Below the pieces are notes generated by a model. That model searched no databases. It was not told where the DNA came from and saw only the letters and a program-made list of their open reading frames with translations. From a candidate division WOR-3 bacterium (GTDB lineage Bacteria > Hydrothermota > Tepidihabitantia > SM23-42 > JAOAFX01), in NCBI GenBank assembly GCA_039802265.1, contig JBDRWI010000030.1:1-27956 (forward strand): a stretch of DNA of 27,956 nt, read 5' to 3'. This document shows positions 1 to 10,064 of the stretch, piece by piece (position 1 is the first letter of the stretch; each line of letters starts with the position of its first letter). Both the position numbers and the translations under genes were made by a program.

Positions 1-414
1 ACCTCGCTCTTTGGAATGGCACGCCGTTACAATAAAGACCTTGATAAGTGGTCCCACAAGGCAATTGATATTGCCAATTGTATCGGCACAAAGGTTGTTG
101 CTGCAAATACCGGGATTGTAGTAATGGCTGAAGAACTGGAGGGCCATGGTAAAAGTATTGTCATTGCCCATGGCCAGGGGATCCATACGGTCTATCTGCA
201 TCTTAATAAAATTTATGTCAAAACCGGAGATACCGTGACGATTGGCGAGGAAATCGGTGAGCTGGGCAAGACCGGTATGTGCACCGGGCCCAATCTCCAT
301 TTTCAGATTATGGTAAATCGTGTTCCTACTGACCCAAGATACTGGATTCCGGGATGTGCGAAGTTAAAAAAGGGTGATTATGTCAAAACGTCATTATCAA
401 AGACGAACCTTTAA
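1..414 (+). CDS. M23 family (LytM-like) peptidase domain protein, 5'-truncated by window edge
   Basis: Frame is open from base 1 (TSLFGMARRYN, like the TSxFGxRR M23 lead-in). Contains HKAID (HxxxD), YLHL and GPNLHF (HxH site with the first His replaced by Asn). Overlaps the convergent korC stop at 411-414. Confidence 0.88.
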   Translation, partial: TSLFGMARRYNKDLDKWSHKAIDIANCIGTKVVAANTGIVVMAEELEGHGKSIVIAHGQGIHTVYLHLNKIYVKTGDTVTIGEEIGELGKTGMCTGPNLHFQIMVNRVPTDPRYWIPGCAKLKKGDYVKTSLSKTNL

Positions 415-974
415 ATATCTCCCGATTTGCCTTTTAATTTTTGTGCCTCATTTATGCCGGCTCTAAATGCCTTTAGATTTAGCTCCTCTGTCCCCTTGGG
501 AACGCGTGACAGAATTGCTGATTCCATCGCCTCTTTTGATACTATGCCAGTTAGTTCAGTAATCAAACCTAATGCTACAATATTTGCAACCAATGTTTTG
601 CCAGTCTCTTTTTCGGCAATTTCGGTGATCGGCAGAGAAATAACTCTGAATTTTCCTTCGGAACCAGCCGAAACATAACCAGAATCCACAAGAACAATTC
701 CGTTCTCTTTCACATCTCGCCAGTATTTATTATATGCCTCCTGGGTTAGTGCCAGAAGCAGGTCAATATTTACTGCCTTGGGATAGTCAATATCTGCGTC
801 ACTTATTATAACCTCTGAACGACTTGAACCACCCCTTGCCTCAGGACCGTATGATTGACTCTGGGTTGCATTCTTGCCGTCATAGATCGCAGCCGCTTCC
901 GCAAGAATCTTGCCTGCAAGAATCAATCCCTGGCCCCCTGAACCACTCAGCCGGATTTCATACCGGAAAGCCAT
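411..974 (-). CDS. korC: 2-oxoacid:ferredoxin oxidoreductase gamma subunit
   Basis: EIRLSGSGGQG and QSYGPEARGG motifs. Start overlaps korB stop (TAATG at 974). Last gene of the operon. Confidence 0.93.
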   Translation of the reverse strand: MAFRYEIRLSGSGGQGLILAGKILAEAAAIYDGKNATQSQSYGPEARGGSSRSEVIISDADIDYPKAVNIDLLLALTQEAYNKYWRDVKENGIVLVDSGYVSAGSEGKFRVISLPITEIAEKETGKTLVANIVALGLITELTGIVSKEAMESAILSRVPKGTEELNLKAFRAGINEAQKLKGKSGDI

Positions 975-1792
975 TACACCTCCTTTTTTCGCACCTTTTC
1001 TACAAGTTTAAAGTATTCTTCGCAAAATTCTGGTCGTTCAATATCATGGAGTACTCCAATGGTAATCTTCCCCTTTTTTTCTTCAATGGTTAATTTGCGA
1101 GCAGTCTCCACCGGTATACTATTTTCTTTATAAAATTTAAGCATATCAACTGCATTACCAAGACGATTTGGCCGGCCATAATAAGTTGGGCAGGGTGAAA
1201 GAATTTCAATGAGCGCAAAGCCTTTCTTTTGAAGTGCCTTTTCAATGAGTTTATCAAGCTGCGTTGCATGATAACAGGTTGAACGAGCAACAAAAGATGC
1301 CCCGGCGGCAATTGCCAATACTGATATATCAAAATCCGGCTCAGCACTACCGTAGGGCGCGGTGCTTGCCTTTTTACCAAACGGGGTCGTTGGTGAAACC
1401 TGTCCACCAGTCATCCCGTAGATATGATTATTGTAAAGCAAAACCGTCATATCCAAATTCCTGCGGGCAGCATGAATGAAATGATTTCCACCGATTGCGG
1501 TAGCATCACCATCCCCGGTAACAACGATAACTTTCAATTTCGGCTTTGCAAGTTTCAAACCGGTTGCAAATGCAATCGCCCGACCATGGTGGGTATGTAG
1601 GGTATTAAAATCGATATAACCAGGTGTCCGTGAAGAACAGCCAATACCCGAGACTATTGCCACATCATCCTTTTGGATTTTTGCGCGGTCAATCGCCCGA
1701 AGCATTGCCTTCATTATTATTCCACACCCACAACCAGAACACCAAATATGCGGAAATTTATCAAGTCTGAGATATTTCTTATAGGGAAACAT
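974..1792 (-). CDS. korB: 2-oxoacid:ferredoxin oxidoreductase beta subunit (TPP-binding)
   Basis: WCSGCG, SGIGCS, HGRA, TPP motif GDGD...NN and YGMTGGQ; SPCPT. Confidence 0.94.
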   Translation of the reverse strand: MFPYKKYLRLDKFPHIWCSGCGCGIIMKAMLRAIDRAKIQKDDVAIVSGIGCSSRTPGYIDFNTLHTHHGRAIAFATGLKLAKPKLKVIVVTGDGDATAIGGNHFIHAARRNLDMTVLLYNNHIYGMTGGQVSPTTPFGKKASTAPYGSAEPDFDISVLAIAAGASFVARSTCYHATQLDKLIEKALQKKGFALIEILSPCPTYYGRPNRLGNAVDMLKFYKENSIPVETARKLTIEEKKGKITIGVLHDIERPEFCEEYFKLVEKVRKKEV

Positions 1793-2945
1793 CTTTAATA
1801 ACCCTTATGATTTCATCAGGAGTGATTGGATTGCCATCTACCCGATTTACCCTTATTGATTCCTTTCTTGTCGCACAGTCAACTTCATGAGCAATCTGAC
1901 CGAGATTCATCTCGGGAACAATAAATCTTTTTATCTTTTCTGACAAATTATTTAAGGTATCATAGGGAAAAGGCCAGAGGACAAAAATTTGAAATAAACC
2001 CACCTTCAAGCCCAATGCCCTTGATTCATACATTGCCCTTTTTGCCGAGCGGGCACTTGAGCCATAGGCAACGATACATATATCTGCATCATCGATAAGT
2101 TCTGTTTTATAAGAAATTATCTCATTTTTATACCTTTCAACCTTGCGATTTATTCTGCGGTATAAAGCGTCAATCTTTGCGGGGTCATTCGTCGGAAAAC
2201 CCGTCTCATCATGGCTCAAGCCGGTAACATTGAAACGATAACCGGTACCGTAATGGGCTATTGGCGGAATGTCCGAATCGGTAAATTTATATGGTATAAA
2301 CTTATCGGGGGGGTCAGTAGTAAGAACCCGATCAATGATTTCTATCTCATTTTCATCGGGAATTATAATCTTCTCATTAAGATGTCCAACTATCTCATCC
2401 ATCAGAATGATTACCGGAACACGAAACCGCTCTGAGAGATTAAATGCCTTTATTGTCCACTCAAAGGTATCCTGTACCGTGGATGGAACTACGGCGATGA
2501 CTGGATGGTCGCCATGGGTTCCCCAGCGTGCCTGCATAACATCAGCCTGAGAAGGTAGGGTGGGTAATCCAGTACTCGGACCGCCGCGCTGAACATTAAC
2601 CACGACAACTGGTACCTCAGCCATTGAGGCATATCCGATATTCTCCTGCATTAAGGAAAAACCCGGACCGCTTGTAGCAGTCATTGACTTCACTCCTGCC
2701 AATGAGGCACCAATAATTGCTCCCATTGAGGCAATTTCATCCTCCATCTGGATGAAAACCCCGCCCACTTCCGGCAATCTCCTGGATAAGACTTCCGCGA
2801 TTTCCGAAGATGGAGTAATTGGATATCCGGCAAAAAAACGCATTCCAGCAACGATCGCCGCCTCGGCACAGGCGTCATTGCCGGACATAACTTTTATTTT
2901 TTTCCTATCAGATGGATATCCTGACTTTCCTGTTGATTCGTTCAT
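1779..2945 (-). CDS. korA: 2-oxoacid:ferredoxin oxidoreductase alpha subunit
   Basis: AGYPITPSSE, QMEDE, ATSGPG, QRGGPSTGLPT and EMNLGQ motifs. ATGA overlap with korD stop. Confidence 0.94.
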   Translation of the reverse strand: MNESTGKSGYPSDRKKIKVMSGNDACAEAAIVAGMRFFAGYPITPSSEIAEVLSRRLPEVGGVFIQMEDEIASMGAIIGASLAGVKSMTATSGPGFSLMQENIGYASMAEVPVVVVNVQRGGPSTGLPTLPSQADVMQARWGTHGDHPVIAVVPSTVQDTFEWTIKAFNLSERFRVPVIILMDEIVGHLNEKIIIPDENEIEIIDRVLTTDPPDKFIPYKFTDSDIPPIAHYGTGYRFNVTGLSHDETGFPTNDPAKIDALYRRINRKVERYKNEIISYKTELIDDADICIVAYGSSARSAKRAMYESRALGLKVGLFQIFVLWPFPYDTLNNLSEKIKRFIVPEMNLGQIAHEVDCATRKESIRVNRVDGNPITPDEIIRVIKDVSL

Positions 2946-3145
2946 AATTTTTCCACTTCAATCGCAAAATCTGGACAGTAAATTTCACACAATTGGCAAC
3001 CAGTACAGGATTCAGGGTTTACAACCTTTGCTTTTGACTTTTCCATCGTCAAAACTTTTTTGGGACAAAAGGCAACACAGATTTCACAACCTTTGCACCA
3101 GACATCGTTTATTTTTATATCAAATTTCTGAACATTTATTGCCAT
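2942..3145 (-). CDS. korD: 2x[4Fe-4S] ferredoxin-like delta subunit of the 2-oxoacid:ferredoxin oxidoreductase
   Basis: CKGCEICVAFCP and CTGCQLCEIYCPDFAI. ATG 3145 preferred over GTG 3148 because of the promoter position. Confidence 0.9.
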   Translation of the reverse strand: MAINVQKFDIKINDVWCKGCEICVAFCPKKVLTMEKSKAKVVNPESCTGCQLCEIYCPDFAIEVEKL

Positions 3146-3151
3146 CACTGG

Positions 3152-3179
3152 ATTATATTCAAAAAATTGACAAAGTCAA
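3152..3179 (-). promoter_or_regulatory. sigma70-type promoter of korDABC (leaderless geometry)
   Basis: Minus strand TTGACT (3179-3174), 16 nt, TATAAT (3157-3152), 6 nt, ATG 3145. No SD. Confidence 0.75.
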
Positions 3180-3225
3180 GAAGCTAAATTAAATGATAAA
3201 CCCGCTATTCTTTATATTCCACATA

Positions 3226-3253
3226 TTGATTTTTGAGTTTAATTGAATATAAT
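3226..3253 (+). promoter_or_regulatory. sigma70-type promoter of the diguanylate cyclase gene
   Basis: TTGATT (3226-3231), 16 nt, TATAAT (3248-3253), 11 nt, ATG 3265. Confidence 0.65.
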
Positions 3254-3264
3254 GATTTTGAAGA

Positions 3265-4443
3265 ATGATGCCTATTCTGCTAACCATCCTTTTAATAATT
3301 TTTTTGGTTGTATTAGTTTTAGCGATTATCTTGGCAACATCGGCCAACCGAAGGAGGAGCAATATTTTATCGCAGATTGAAATCCTCACTGATGAGCTTG
3401 ACCGGCAGAAACAGGAAAATATATCTTTAAGAAATGAATTGCGAAAAATCACCTCCCAGGATAATCTGTTTTTCTCATCAATGGTTAGATTAACATCAAA
3501 TACTGAACCCGTAGATATTGCTCATGAGATAACGGGTCTTTTGGTTAATTTTTTGAATGCCAAGCAGGTTGCAATTTTCTTTTTAGACGAACGCGAAAAG
3601 AGACTTAACATTGTAGCGCATTATGGGTTAAATGATAACTGGTTGCCCAAGATAATCTATAATGTTGGTGAAGGAAAGGTTGGCTTGGCGGCTGAAAAAA
3701 GAATACCCATTGGAAAACATGAGTCTGACATGCTAAGAATCAAAGAACCTTATCCAGTTTTTGAACCTGATATCTGTTACCCTATTGTCTATCAAAATAG
3801 AATCTTTGGTGTGATTGCATTTAACCGAAATGAAGGTCTTGATGAACGAGAAAAGAGTATGGTCGGGGTCGTAGCCCGAATTACTGCAACTACCCTGCAA
3901 AACACACTGAGTCTTACAATGATGCGTGACCTTGCCTCAATTGATCCTTTGACAAAACTACTCAATATTGGTGCATTCAGAGACAAATTAAATGACGAAC
4001 TAAACCGGGCAAGAAGATTCCAGCACACCTTGAGCCTCGCTATAATTGATCTGGATAATTTCAAATATTACAATGATACATTCGGCCATCAAATAGGAGA
4101 CCAGATTTTAATCCGACTGGCAAAGATATTCAGCATACATTTCAGAGAAACTGATATTATCGGCAGATACGGTGGCGATGAATTTATCATAATGTTTCCT
4201 GAGACAAAGAAAGATGAAGCAGCAAAAATGGTAAAAGACTTACTGGATGGACTGCAATTACATAGCTTACTACAAACTCCGGGTAACCAAAAATTAACAT
4301 TTTCTGCCGGGATTGCCTCATATTCAGAAGATGGATTAAATGCTGCCGAGTTAATAAAAAGCGCTGACGAGGCATTATATGAAGCAAAAAATAGCGGTCG
4401 CAATCGAGTTAAAATGCATTTCCACAAGATAGAACAGATATAG
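3265..4443 (+). CDS. Membrane-anchored GAF-GGDEF diguanylate cyclase
   Basis: N-terminal hydrophobic helix, coiled coil and GAF-like region. DPLT, DLDNFKYYNDTFGHQIGD, RETD I-site (RxxD), intact RYGGDEF and ADEALYEAK..GRN. Confidence 0.92.
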   Translation: MMPILLTILLIIFLVVLVLAIILATSANRRRSNILSQIEILTDELDRQKQENISLRNELRKITSQDNLFFSSMVRLTSNTEPVDIAHEITGLLVNFLNAKQVAIFFLDEREKRLNIVAHYGLNDNWLPKIIYNVGEGKVGLAAEKRIPIGKHESDMLRIKEPYPVFEPDICYPIVYQNRIFGVIAFNRNEGLDEREKSMVGVVARITATTLQNTLSLTMMRDLASIDPLTKLLNIGAFRDKLNDELNRARRFQHTLSLAIIDLDNFKYYNDTFGHQIGDQILIRLAKIFSIHFRETDIIGRYGGDEFIIMFPETKKDEAAKMVKDLLDGLQLHSLLQTPGNQKLTFSAGIASYSEDGLNAAELIKSADEALYEAKNSGRNRVKMHFHKIEQI

Positions 4444-4460
4444 ATGCAGAAAATGTCTTA

Positions 4461-5561
4461 GTGTCAAAAGTCCCTATGCCCAATTCAACTCAGCTTCTCA
4501 TAGAACAAATCAAAAATATAGCAAAAAAAGATATTAATCTGATGGAAGTCTGTGGTACCCACACAATGGCTATCGCCCGTGCCGGCATAAGGAAAATGAT
4601 GCCTGCTAATTTGAAACTCATTTCCGGTCCGGGGTGTCCGGTTTGTGTAACACCCCAAGAAATTATTGACTGGACAATTGAACTAGCAAAGCAAAAAGAT
4701 ATAATAATCACCACATTTGGAGATATGGTACGGGTGCCCGGGACGGTGGAAAGTTTGGAAATTTACCATCCCTATGTTGTCTATTCTGCCCGGGATTCTA
4801 TAAAAATTGCCCAAGAAAACCCTCTAAAATCGGTGGTATTTGTTGGGGTAGGCTTTGAAACAACATCACCAACAATTGCCGCCACACTCCTTGAGGCAGC
4901 GAATAGAAATATAAAAAATTTTTATATCATCCCTGCATTCAAATTGATACCGCCAGCTTTAGATTATATTGCCCACTCTCCGCAGATTAATGTTGATGGC
5001 TTTATACTTCCCGGACATGTATCAACTATCATTGGTTCAAAACCATATGAATTTCTTGCCCATCGCTATAATATTCCTGGGTGTATAACTGGATTTGAAC
5101 CTATAGATATCCTTGTGGGCATAAAAAATCTTGTTGAACAGATAAACGAGAAGACGGCAAGGATTGATATTGAATACCGAAGGGTCGTCAAACCGGAAGG
5201 GAATCCAAACGCCTTGGCAATATTGAATAAGGTATTTGAACCGGTGGATTCCGTCTGGCGCGGAATAGGAAGAATACCGAAATCCGGCCTCGGCTTGAAA
5301 AAAGTATATGAGCAATTTGATGCCACAAAAAAATTTGAAGTTAAAAATATCAGGACAAGGGAACCAAAAGGATGTATTTGCGGTAAGATTCTCTTGGGGG
5401 TAAAATCGCCTCCGGATTGCCCGCTGTTCGGTAAAAAATGTAAACCCTCAAGTCCGGTGGGCGCCTGTATGGTCTCTTCCGAAGGTACCTGTGCCGCCTA
5501 TTATCGATACGGTGATTTTAAAACGCCAAGGGTAAAGAAATGCCGCGTGCATAAAAGTTAG
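4461..5561 (+). CDS. hypD: [NiFe]-hydrogenase maturation protein HypD
   Basis: MEVCGTHT, GPGCPVC, GFETT, PGHV and C-terminal Cys cluster ending GACMVSSEGTC. Start may be GTG 4461 or ATG 4476. Confidence 0.96.
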   Translation: MSKVPMPNSTQLLIEQIKNIAKKDINLMEVCGTHTMAIARAGIRKMMPANLKLISGPGCPVCVTPQEIIDWTIELAKQKDIIITTFGDMVRVPGTVESLEIYHPYVVYSARDSIKIAQENPLKSVVFVGVGFETTSPTIAATLLEAANRNIKNFYIIPAFKLIPPALDYIAHSPQINVDGFILPGHVSTIIGSKPYEFLAHRYNIPGCITGFEPIDILVGIKNLVEQINEKTARIDIEYRRVVKPEGNPNALAILNKVFEPVDSVWRGIGRIPKSGLGLKKVYEQFDATKKFEVKNIRTREPKGCICGKILLGVKSPPDCPLFGKKCKPSSPVGACMVSSEGTCAAYYRYGDFKTPRVKKCRVHKS

Positions 5562-5603
5562 AATATAGTTGAATGATGACTTAAAACAAAGCGAATTTAT
5601 GAG

Positions 5604-6479
5604 ATGACAAAAGAAATCAATAAAGAATTAATTAACAAATTATATGAATTACTCAATCCGTGTCAACTCTGTCCAAGGGAATGCAAGGTGAATCGTCTCC
5701 AGGGAGAACGGGGCAACTGTAAAGCGGGACTCAAACCGAAGGTATCGTCCTATCATCAACACTTTGGCGAGGAATACTGCCTTGTCGGTAAGTTTGGTTC
5801 AGGAACAATATTCTTCACCCACTGTAATCTCCATTGTGTTTATTGTCAGAATTATGACATAAGTCAGCACGGCATTGGCAGGGAAATTAGCATTGAACGC
5901 CTCGCCGAGATGATGATGGAACTGCAAGAACTTGGCTGCCATAACATAAATCTGGTCACACCAACCCCCTGGGTTCCCCAGATTGTTGAGGCATTAAGTG
6001 TTGCCCAAAAGCATGGCTTACAGATTCCCATTGTTTATAACTGTGGCGGATATGAATCGCTAAAAACCCTAAGATTACTGGAAGGGATAATTGATATCTA
6101 TATGCCCGACATAAAATACGGAAATAATGAAAACGGCAAAAAATATTCTGATGTTCCGGACTACTGGGATGTAGTAAGGGCAGCGATCAAAGAGATGCAA
6201 AGACAGGTGGGCGATTTGGTGATAGAAAATGGTATCGCTAAAAAGGGGCTTTTGATCAGACATCTGGTATTACCAAATGATATTGCCCATTCAAAGAGGT
6301 GCCTTGAATTTATCTATAATGAAATATCAAAGAAGTCTTTTGTCAACATTATGGACCAGTATTATCCAACCTATCGGGCAAATGAGTATCCGGAACTCAA
6401 TCGTAGAATCAACCCTATTGAATTTCTGCGGGTTATAAAAGAATCGCCTTTTGTTAATCCTTTTTATGACCGTGCTTAA
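5604..6479 (+). CDS. PflX-like radical SAM protein (function unknown)
   Basis: N-terminal CQLCPRECKVNR, HFGEE, GSGTIFF, radical SAM motif CNLHCVYC, HNINLVTPT, DIYMPDIKY and RHLVLP. Confidence 0.88.
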   Translation: MTKEINKELINKLYELLNPCQLCPRECKVNRLQGERGNCKAGLKPKVSSYHQHFGEEYCLVGKFGSGTIFFTHCNLHCVYCQNYDISQHGIGREISIERLAEMMMELQELGCHNINLVTPTPWVPQIVEALSVAQKHGLQIPIVYNCGGYESLKTLRLLEGIIDIYMPDIKYGNNENGKKYSDVPDYWDVVRAAIKEMQRQVGDLVIENGIAKKGLLIRHLVLPNDIAHSKRCLEFIYNEISKKSFVNIMDQYYPTYRANEYPELNRRINPIEFLRVIKESPFVNPFYDRA

Positions 6480-7698
6480 ATTTTTCTCTTTGCGCAAGAC
6501 ATTTCTCGCCCTGAAATACCCAAATTATCGCCTTTGGTTTTTTGGCCAACTAATCTCACTTTTTGGTACCTGGATGCAGACAACCTCACAAGGCTTCTTC
6601 ATCTATGAATTGACTCGGTCTTCCATTTATTTGGGTTATGTTGGATTTGCAATGGGTCTACCTGCTTGGTTTTTTATGCTCTATGCCGGTGTGATTGCTG
6701 ACCGTATACAGAGAAAAAAGATTCTACTCATCACCCAGACTATAATGATGATACTTGCCTTTGTACTTGCCTTTCTAACCCTTACGAAGATTATTAAACC
6801 CTGGCACATTATCCTGCTGGCATTTCTTATGGGCATTGCCAATGCCTTTGATGCTCCGGCACGGCAGGCATTTGTCCGGGAGCTGGTTGAACCCGAGGCA
6901 ATGACCAACGCAATTGCCCTCAATTCGGCAATGTTTAATACTGCCATTGCGATTGGTCCTGCTGCGGGTGGTATAATATATGCAGCATTCGGCCCCGCCT
7001 GGTGCTTCACAATCAACGGAATAACATTTATTGCCGTCATTGCTGCCCTGATAGCAATGAAATTGAAATCACCTTCTCTTACGGAGCCTTCTAACTCTGC
7101 CCTCCAAGATTTGGTTCAAGGAATTAAATATACCTACCGACATTCAACTATTCGGCTCCTTATTCTAACGATTGGTATGATGGCACTATTTGGTGCACCA
7201 TTTACAACACTCCTGCCGGCCTGGTCAATCAAAATTCTCAGTGGTGATGCGCGAACAAACGGCTTTCTCCAGACCGCCCGTGGTTTGGGTGCACTTTCAT
7301 CTGCCCTGTTTATTGCCTCACTCGGTATCTTCAATTTCAAGGGAAAACTGCTCACCACCGGCACCTTCCTCTTTCCTCTCTTCATTTTTCTCTTCTCATT
7401 TACAAGCAATTTCTCTCTTGCTATCGTCTTTCTATTTTGTGCTGGTGCAGCACAGATTCTGATTATGAATCTCTCCAACTCACTTGTTCAGTTACAGGTT
7501 GATGAAAAAATCCGTGGCCGGGTCATGGGTATTTATACATTTACATTCTTCGGCTTGATGCCACTTGGCGCGCTCTGGATAGGAACCGCCGCCCAATTAT
7601 GGGGAGAAAAAATTGCGCTCTTGTTTACTTCAACAATCATCTTTTTATATGCACTACTAATCTATTCTTTTGGCCGTCAGATTTGGAAATTAAAATAA
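6466..7698 (+). CDS. MFS transporter (12-TM, EntS/DUF894-like efflux type)
   Basis: ALKYPNYRLWFFGQLISLFGTWMQ, motif A GVIADRIQRKK, FDAPARQAF, NAIALNS and RGRVMG. ATG 6466 preferred over TTG 6451. Confidence 0.9.
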   Translation: MTVLKFFSLRKTFLALKYPNYRLWFFGQLISLFGTWMQTTSQGFFIYELTRSSIYLGYVGFAMGLPAWFFMLYAGVIADRIQRKKILLITQTIMMILAFVLAFLTLTKIIKPWHIILLAFLMGIANAFDAPARQAFVRELVEPEAMTNAIALNSAMFNTAIAIGPAAGGIIYAAFGPAWCFTINGITFIAVIAALIAMKLKSPSLTEPSNSALQDLVQGIKYTYRHSTIRLLILTIGMMALFGAPFTTLLPAWSIKILSGDARTNGFLQTARGLGALSSALFIASLGIFNFKGKLLTTGTFLFPLFIFLFSFTSNFSLAIVFLFCAGAAQILIMNLSNSLVQLQVDEKIRGRVMGIYTFTFFGLMPLGALWIGTAAQLWGEKIALLFTSTIIFLYALLIYSFGRQIWKLK

Positions 7699-7708
7699 AA
7701 GATACACA

Positions 7709-7729
7709 CCGGACTAAAATATTGTCCGG
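7709..7729. terminator. Possible bidirectional terminator hairpin between convergent MFS and speY-like genes
   Basis: CCGGAC-9 nt-GTCCGG inverted repeat in the 55-bp convergent gap. It lacks a clear U-tract. Confidence 0.3.
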
Positions 7730-7753
7730 CCGTCTCTGTAAAGAACGAACCAA

Positions 7754-8917
7754 TTATTTATGGTGGGCAAAATATTCGCGAATCAAATTTTGAACAAGTC
7801 CCTGGCGTTTGAAATATAAGCCCTTCACCTTCCGTTTCTTATGCCTTGCCAGGGCATAGTGGGCAATTATTGGTAGACCCACCGTTGCGTCAAGATAGCA
7901 AACCACTGCATCGGGCAACCTTGTGGGGTCAACCTTACCCCAGGAGACAGCTTCGTGTGGTGTAGCGCCTGACAATCCACCGGTATCAGGCCTTGCATCC
8001 GTAATCTGGAAGAAATAATCGTGTCCCACTTCTTTTATTCTCAAAACTTCCTGAATCTGCGGTTCAGTCTGTAACAGAAAATTCTTGGGACTACCACCAC
8101 CGACCAATAATGCTGCAGATTTTCCTCCCTGTCTTTTTGCGGCAAGGACTATGGCGGTTGTCTCATTTACATCCACCGAAGGATTTATCCGGAGCCTTCC
8201 TCCAATGATCTCTTCTTCTGCTATGTTCATTCCTAAGGTTGAATCACCTGGCGAACTGGTATAAAGGGGAATACCCAACCGGTAGGCACAGGCAAGGACC
8301 GAAACATCTTTGTTGCCGGTCTTTTCTTCCCACATAGCGGCATATTTGCCCAGTAAATGATGAAATTCGGCGGTTCCCATCTCTTTCTGGAATTCCGGTT
8401 GTTTTAGAATCTGACGCAAAATCTCATCGGTTGCCATAAGACAATCACTATATCCCAGAAGAATATCATAGATGCGCACCACATCATTCTTTCTTAAATC
8501 GGCATCATCAACAAGGTGTGTTCCGACATGCAACGGAAAATTAAAGGCAAAGTGTAAATCATGATATAAATTTGCTCCAGTAGAAACAACCCAGTCAATA
8601 AATCCTGCCTTCATCAAAGGTATGATTACTGATTTACCAAGACCCGCCGGGATTAGAGCGCCAGCGAGGCTCATACCGACCGTCACATCGGGCTCAAGCA
8701 TCTTTTCAACAAACAATCTGCATCCTTCGCGCAGACGTGCAGAGTTATAGGCAAGAAATACATTTTCAATAATATCCTCAAGTTTCTGTCTTCCGGTCAA
8801 TGCTGGTGGAAAGATTCTCGGTCCGGAAAGATACCTTTTTTTGTGCGGATATTTCTTCTTTTTTAGCCAGTTAGGTGTTTCATCAATATCTTTTTTCAAC
8901 CGATGCATTCTCTTCAT
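7754..8917 (-). CDS. speY: Deoxyhypusine synthase-like protein, probable homospermidine synthase (SpeY type)
   Basis: [30 protein letters not shown] and [18 protein letters not shown] with the catalytic Lys. Start reassigned to ATG 8917 because of AGGAGGT at 8927-8921 and to avoid overlap with the upstream gene. Confidence 0.85.
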   Translation of the reverse strand: MKRMHRLKKDIDETPNWLKKKKYPHKKRYLSGPRIFPPALTGRQKLEDIIENVFLAYNSARLREGCRLFVEKMLEPDVTVGMSLAGALIPAGLGKSVIIPLMKAGFIDWVVSTGANLYHDLHFAFNFPLHVGTHLVDDADLRKNDVVRIYDILLGYSDCLMATDEILRQILKQPEFQKEMGTAEFHHLLGKYAAMWEEKTGNKDVSVLACAYRLGIPLYTSSPGDSTLGMNIAEEEIIGGRLRINPSVDVNETTAIVLAAKRQGGKSAALLVGGGSPKNFLLQTEPQIQEVLRIKEVGHDYFFQITDARPDTGGLSGATPHEAVSWGKVDPTRLPDAVVCYLDATVGLPIIAHYALARHKKRKVKGLYFKRQGLVQNLIREYFAHHK

Positions 8918-8925
8918 ATTACCTC

Positions 8926-10053
8926 CTATGGAATAACAACCACCTTTGCTGGTGGCAGTCCATTGAAATTTGTTGCGGTTGCCCATGAATAGGCACCGAT
9001 ATTTTCAACATAAACAATATCACCGATATCAAGTTCTGGTAACTCTTCGCTCGTTGAGATTATATCGAACGAATCACAGGTGGGCCCGGCCAGCGTTGTA
9101 ATCTGGGTTATGCCCTTTTTAAGTACCTTGTATTGATACTTACAATGGTCATAGACAATTCCTGATAACGAACCGTAAACACCATCATCAAGATAATACC
9201 AGTGTTTGTTATTTCTGATTGACTTTCCAATCACCCTCATAACAAGAATCCCAGCAGGGCCACAAAGAACCCTGCCTGGTTCAGCAATTATTTTAATATT
9301 CTCCGAGAACAAACGATTCAACTCTTTATTTATGCTTGCAGCAGTGATGGTAAATAAATCCTTTTCATCATCAAAGTGCTTTATGGGAAAACCGCCCCCG
9401 ATATCAAGTATTTCAAGGGGAATCTGCTTAAGGTTTGCGTCCTTAAAGATGATGGAGGCAATCTCTAAGGCATCAAGATAATTTTCTATGTGGATATTCT
9501 GTGAACCAACATGAAAGCTAACACCGACTGGCTTAAGACCAAGTTTTAATGCCTTTATGAGAAATGGAATCGCATCCGGGGGTTCAGCACCGAATTTTAA
9601 GGACAGTTCCACCATTGAACCAACATTAGGAACCTTTATCCGAACCAGAACCTTTGCCTGTGGTGCATATCTTGCAATCTTGTTTAACTCATATTCAGAG
9701 TCAAAGGTCATCAGGTTAATATTATGACTTGCCGCAAACTTCAATGCCTCCGGAGTCTTAACCGTATTGGCAAATACCATTCGTTCCGGACTAACACCCA
9801 TATCAAGAAGTGTCTTCATTTCATAAATTGATGCAACATCAAAACCGATGCCCGCTTCCGCAAAGGTCTTTAAAATAAATGGATGACAGTTTGACTTCAC
9901 CGCATAGAATGGCTTAACCCGTGGTAAGAGTGTCTGAAATCTCTTTAGCTGATTCAGAAGTTTACTCTTGCTAATCAAAAAAAGAGGTGTATTATGCCTG
10001 CGCACCAAATTTATAAGCTGTTTTTTAATATTATCTTTTGACTTTATCTTCAC
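8926..10053 (-). CDS. Fold-type III (alanine racemase barrel) PLP-dependent ornithine/lysine decarboxylase
   Basis: PFYAVKSN (PLP lysine), [35 protein letters not shown] and GAY. GTG start with GAGGAG upstream. Confidence 0.92.
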   Translation of the reverse strand: MKIKSKDNIKKQLINLVRRHNTPLFLISKSKLLNQLKRFQTLLPRVKPFYAVKSNCHPFILKTFAEAGIGFDVASIYEMKTLLDMGVSPERMVFANTVKTPEALKFAASHNINLMTFDSEYELNKIARYAPQAKVLVRIKVPNVGSMVELSLKFGAEPPDAIPFLIKALKLGLKPVGVSFHVGSQNIHIENYLDALEIASIIFKDANLKQIPLEILDIGGGFPIKHFDDEKDLFTITAASINKELNRLFSENIKIIAEPGRVLCGPAGILVMRVIGKSIRNNKHWYYLDDGVYGSLSGIVYDHCKYQYKVLKKGITQITTLAGPTCDSFDIISTSEELPELDIGDIVYVENIGAYSWATATNFNGLPPAKVVVIP

Positions 10054-10064
10054 TTTACTCCTCT

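Noticed and set aside
7754..8917. True eIF5A-type deoxyhypusine synthase or archaeal contig origin
   Set aside because: The window is clearly bacterial (rpmH, rnpA, yidD, jag, mnmE, sigma70 promoters), and the decarboxylase linkage favours polyamine synthesis.
8918..8986. N-terminal 23 aa of the 410-aa DHS-like ORF
   Set aside because: It overlaps the decarboxylase gene, and a strong SD precedes ATG 8917.
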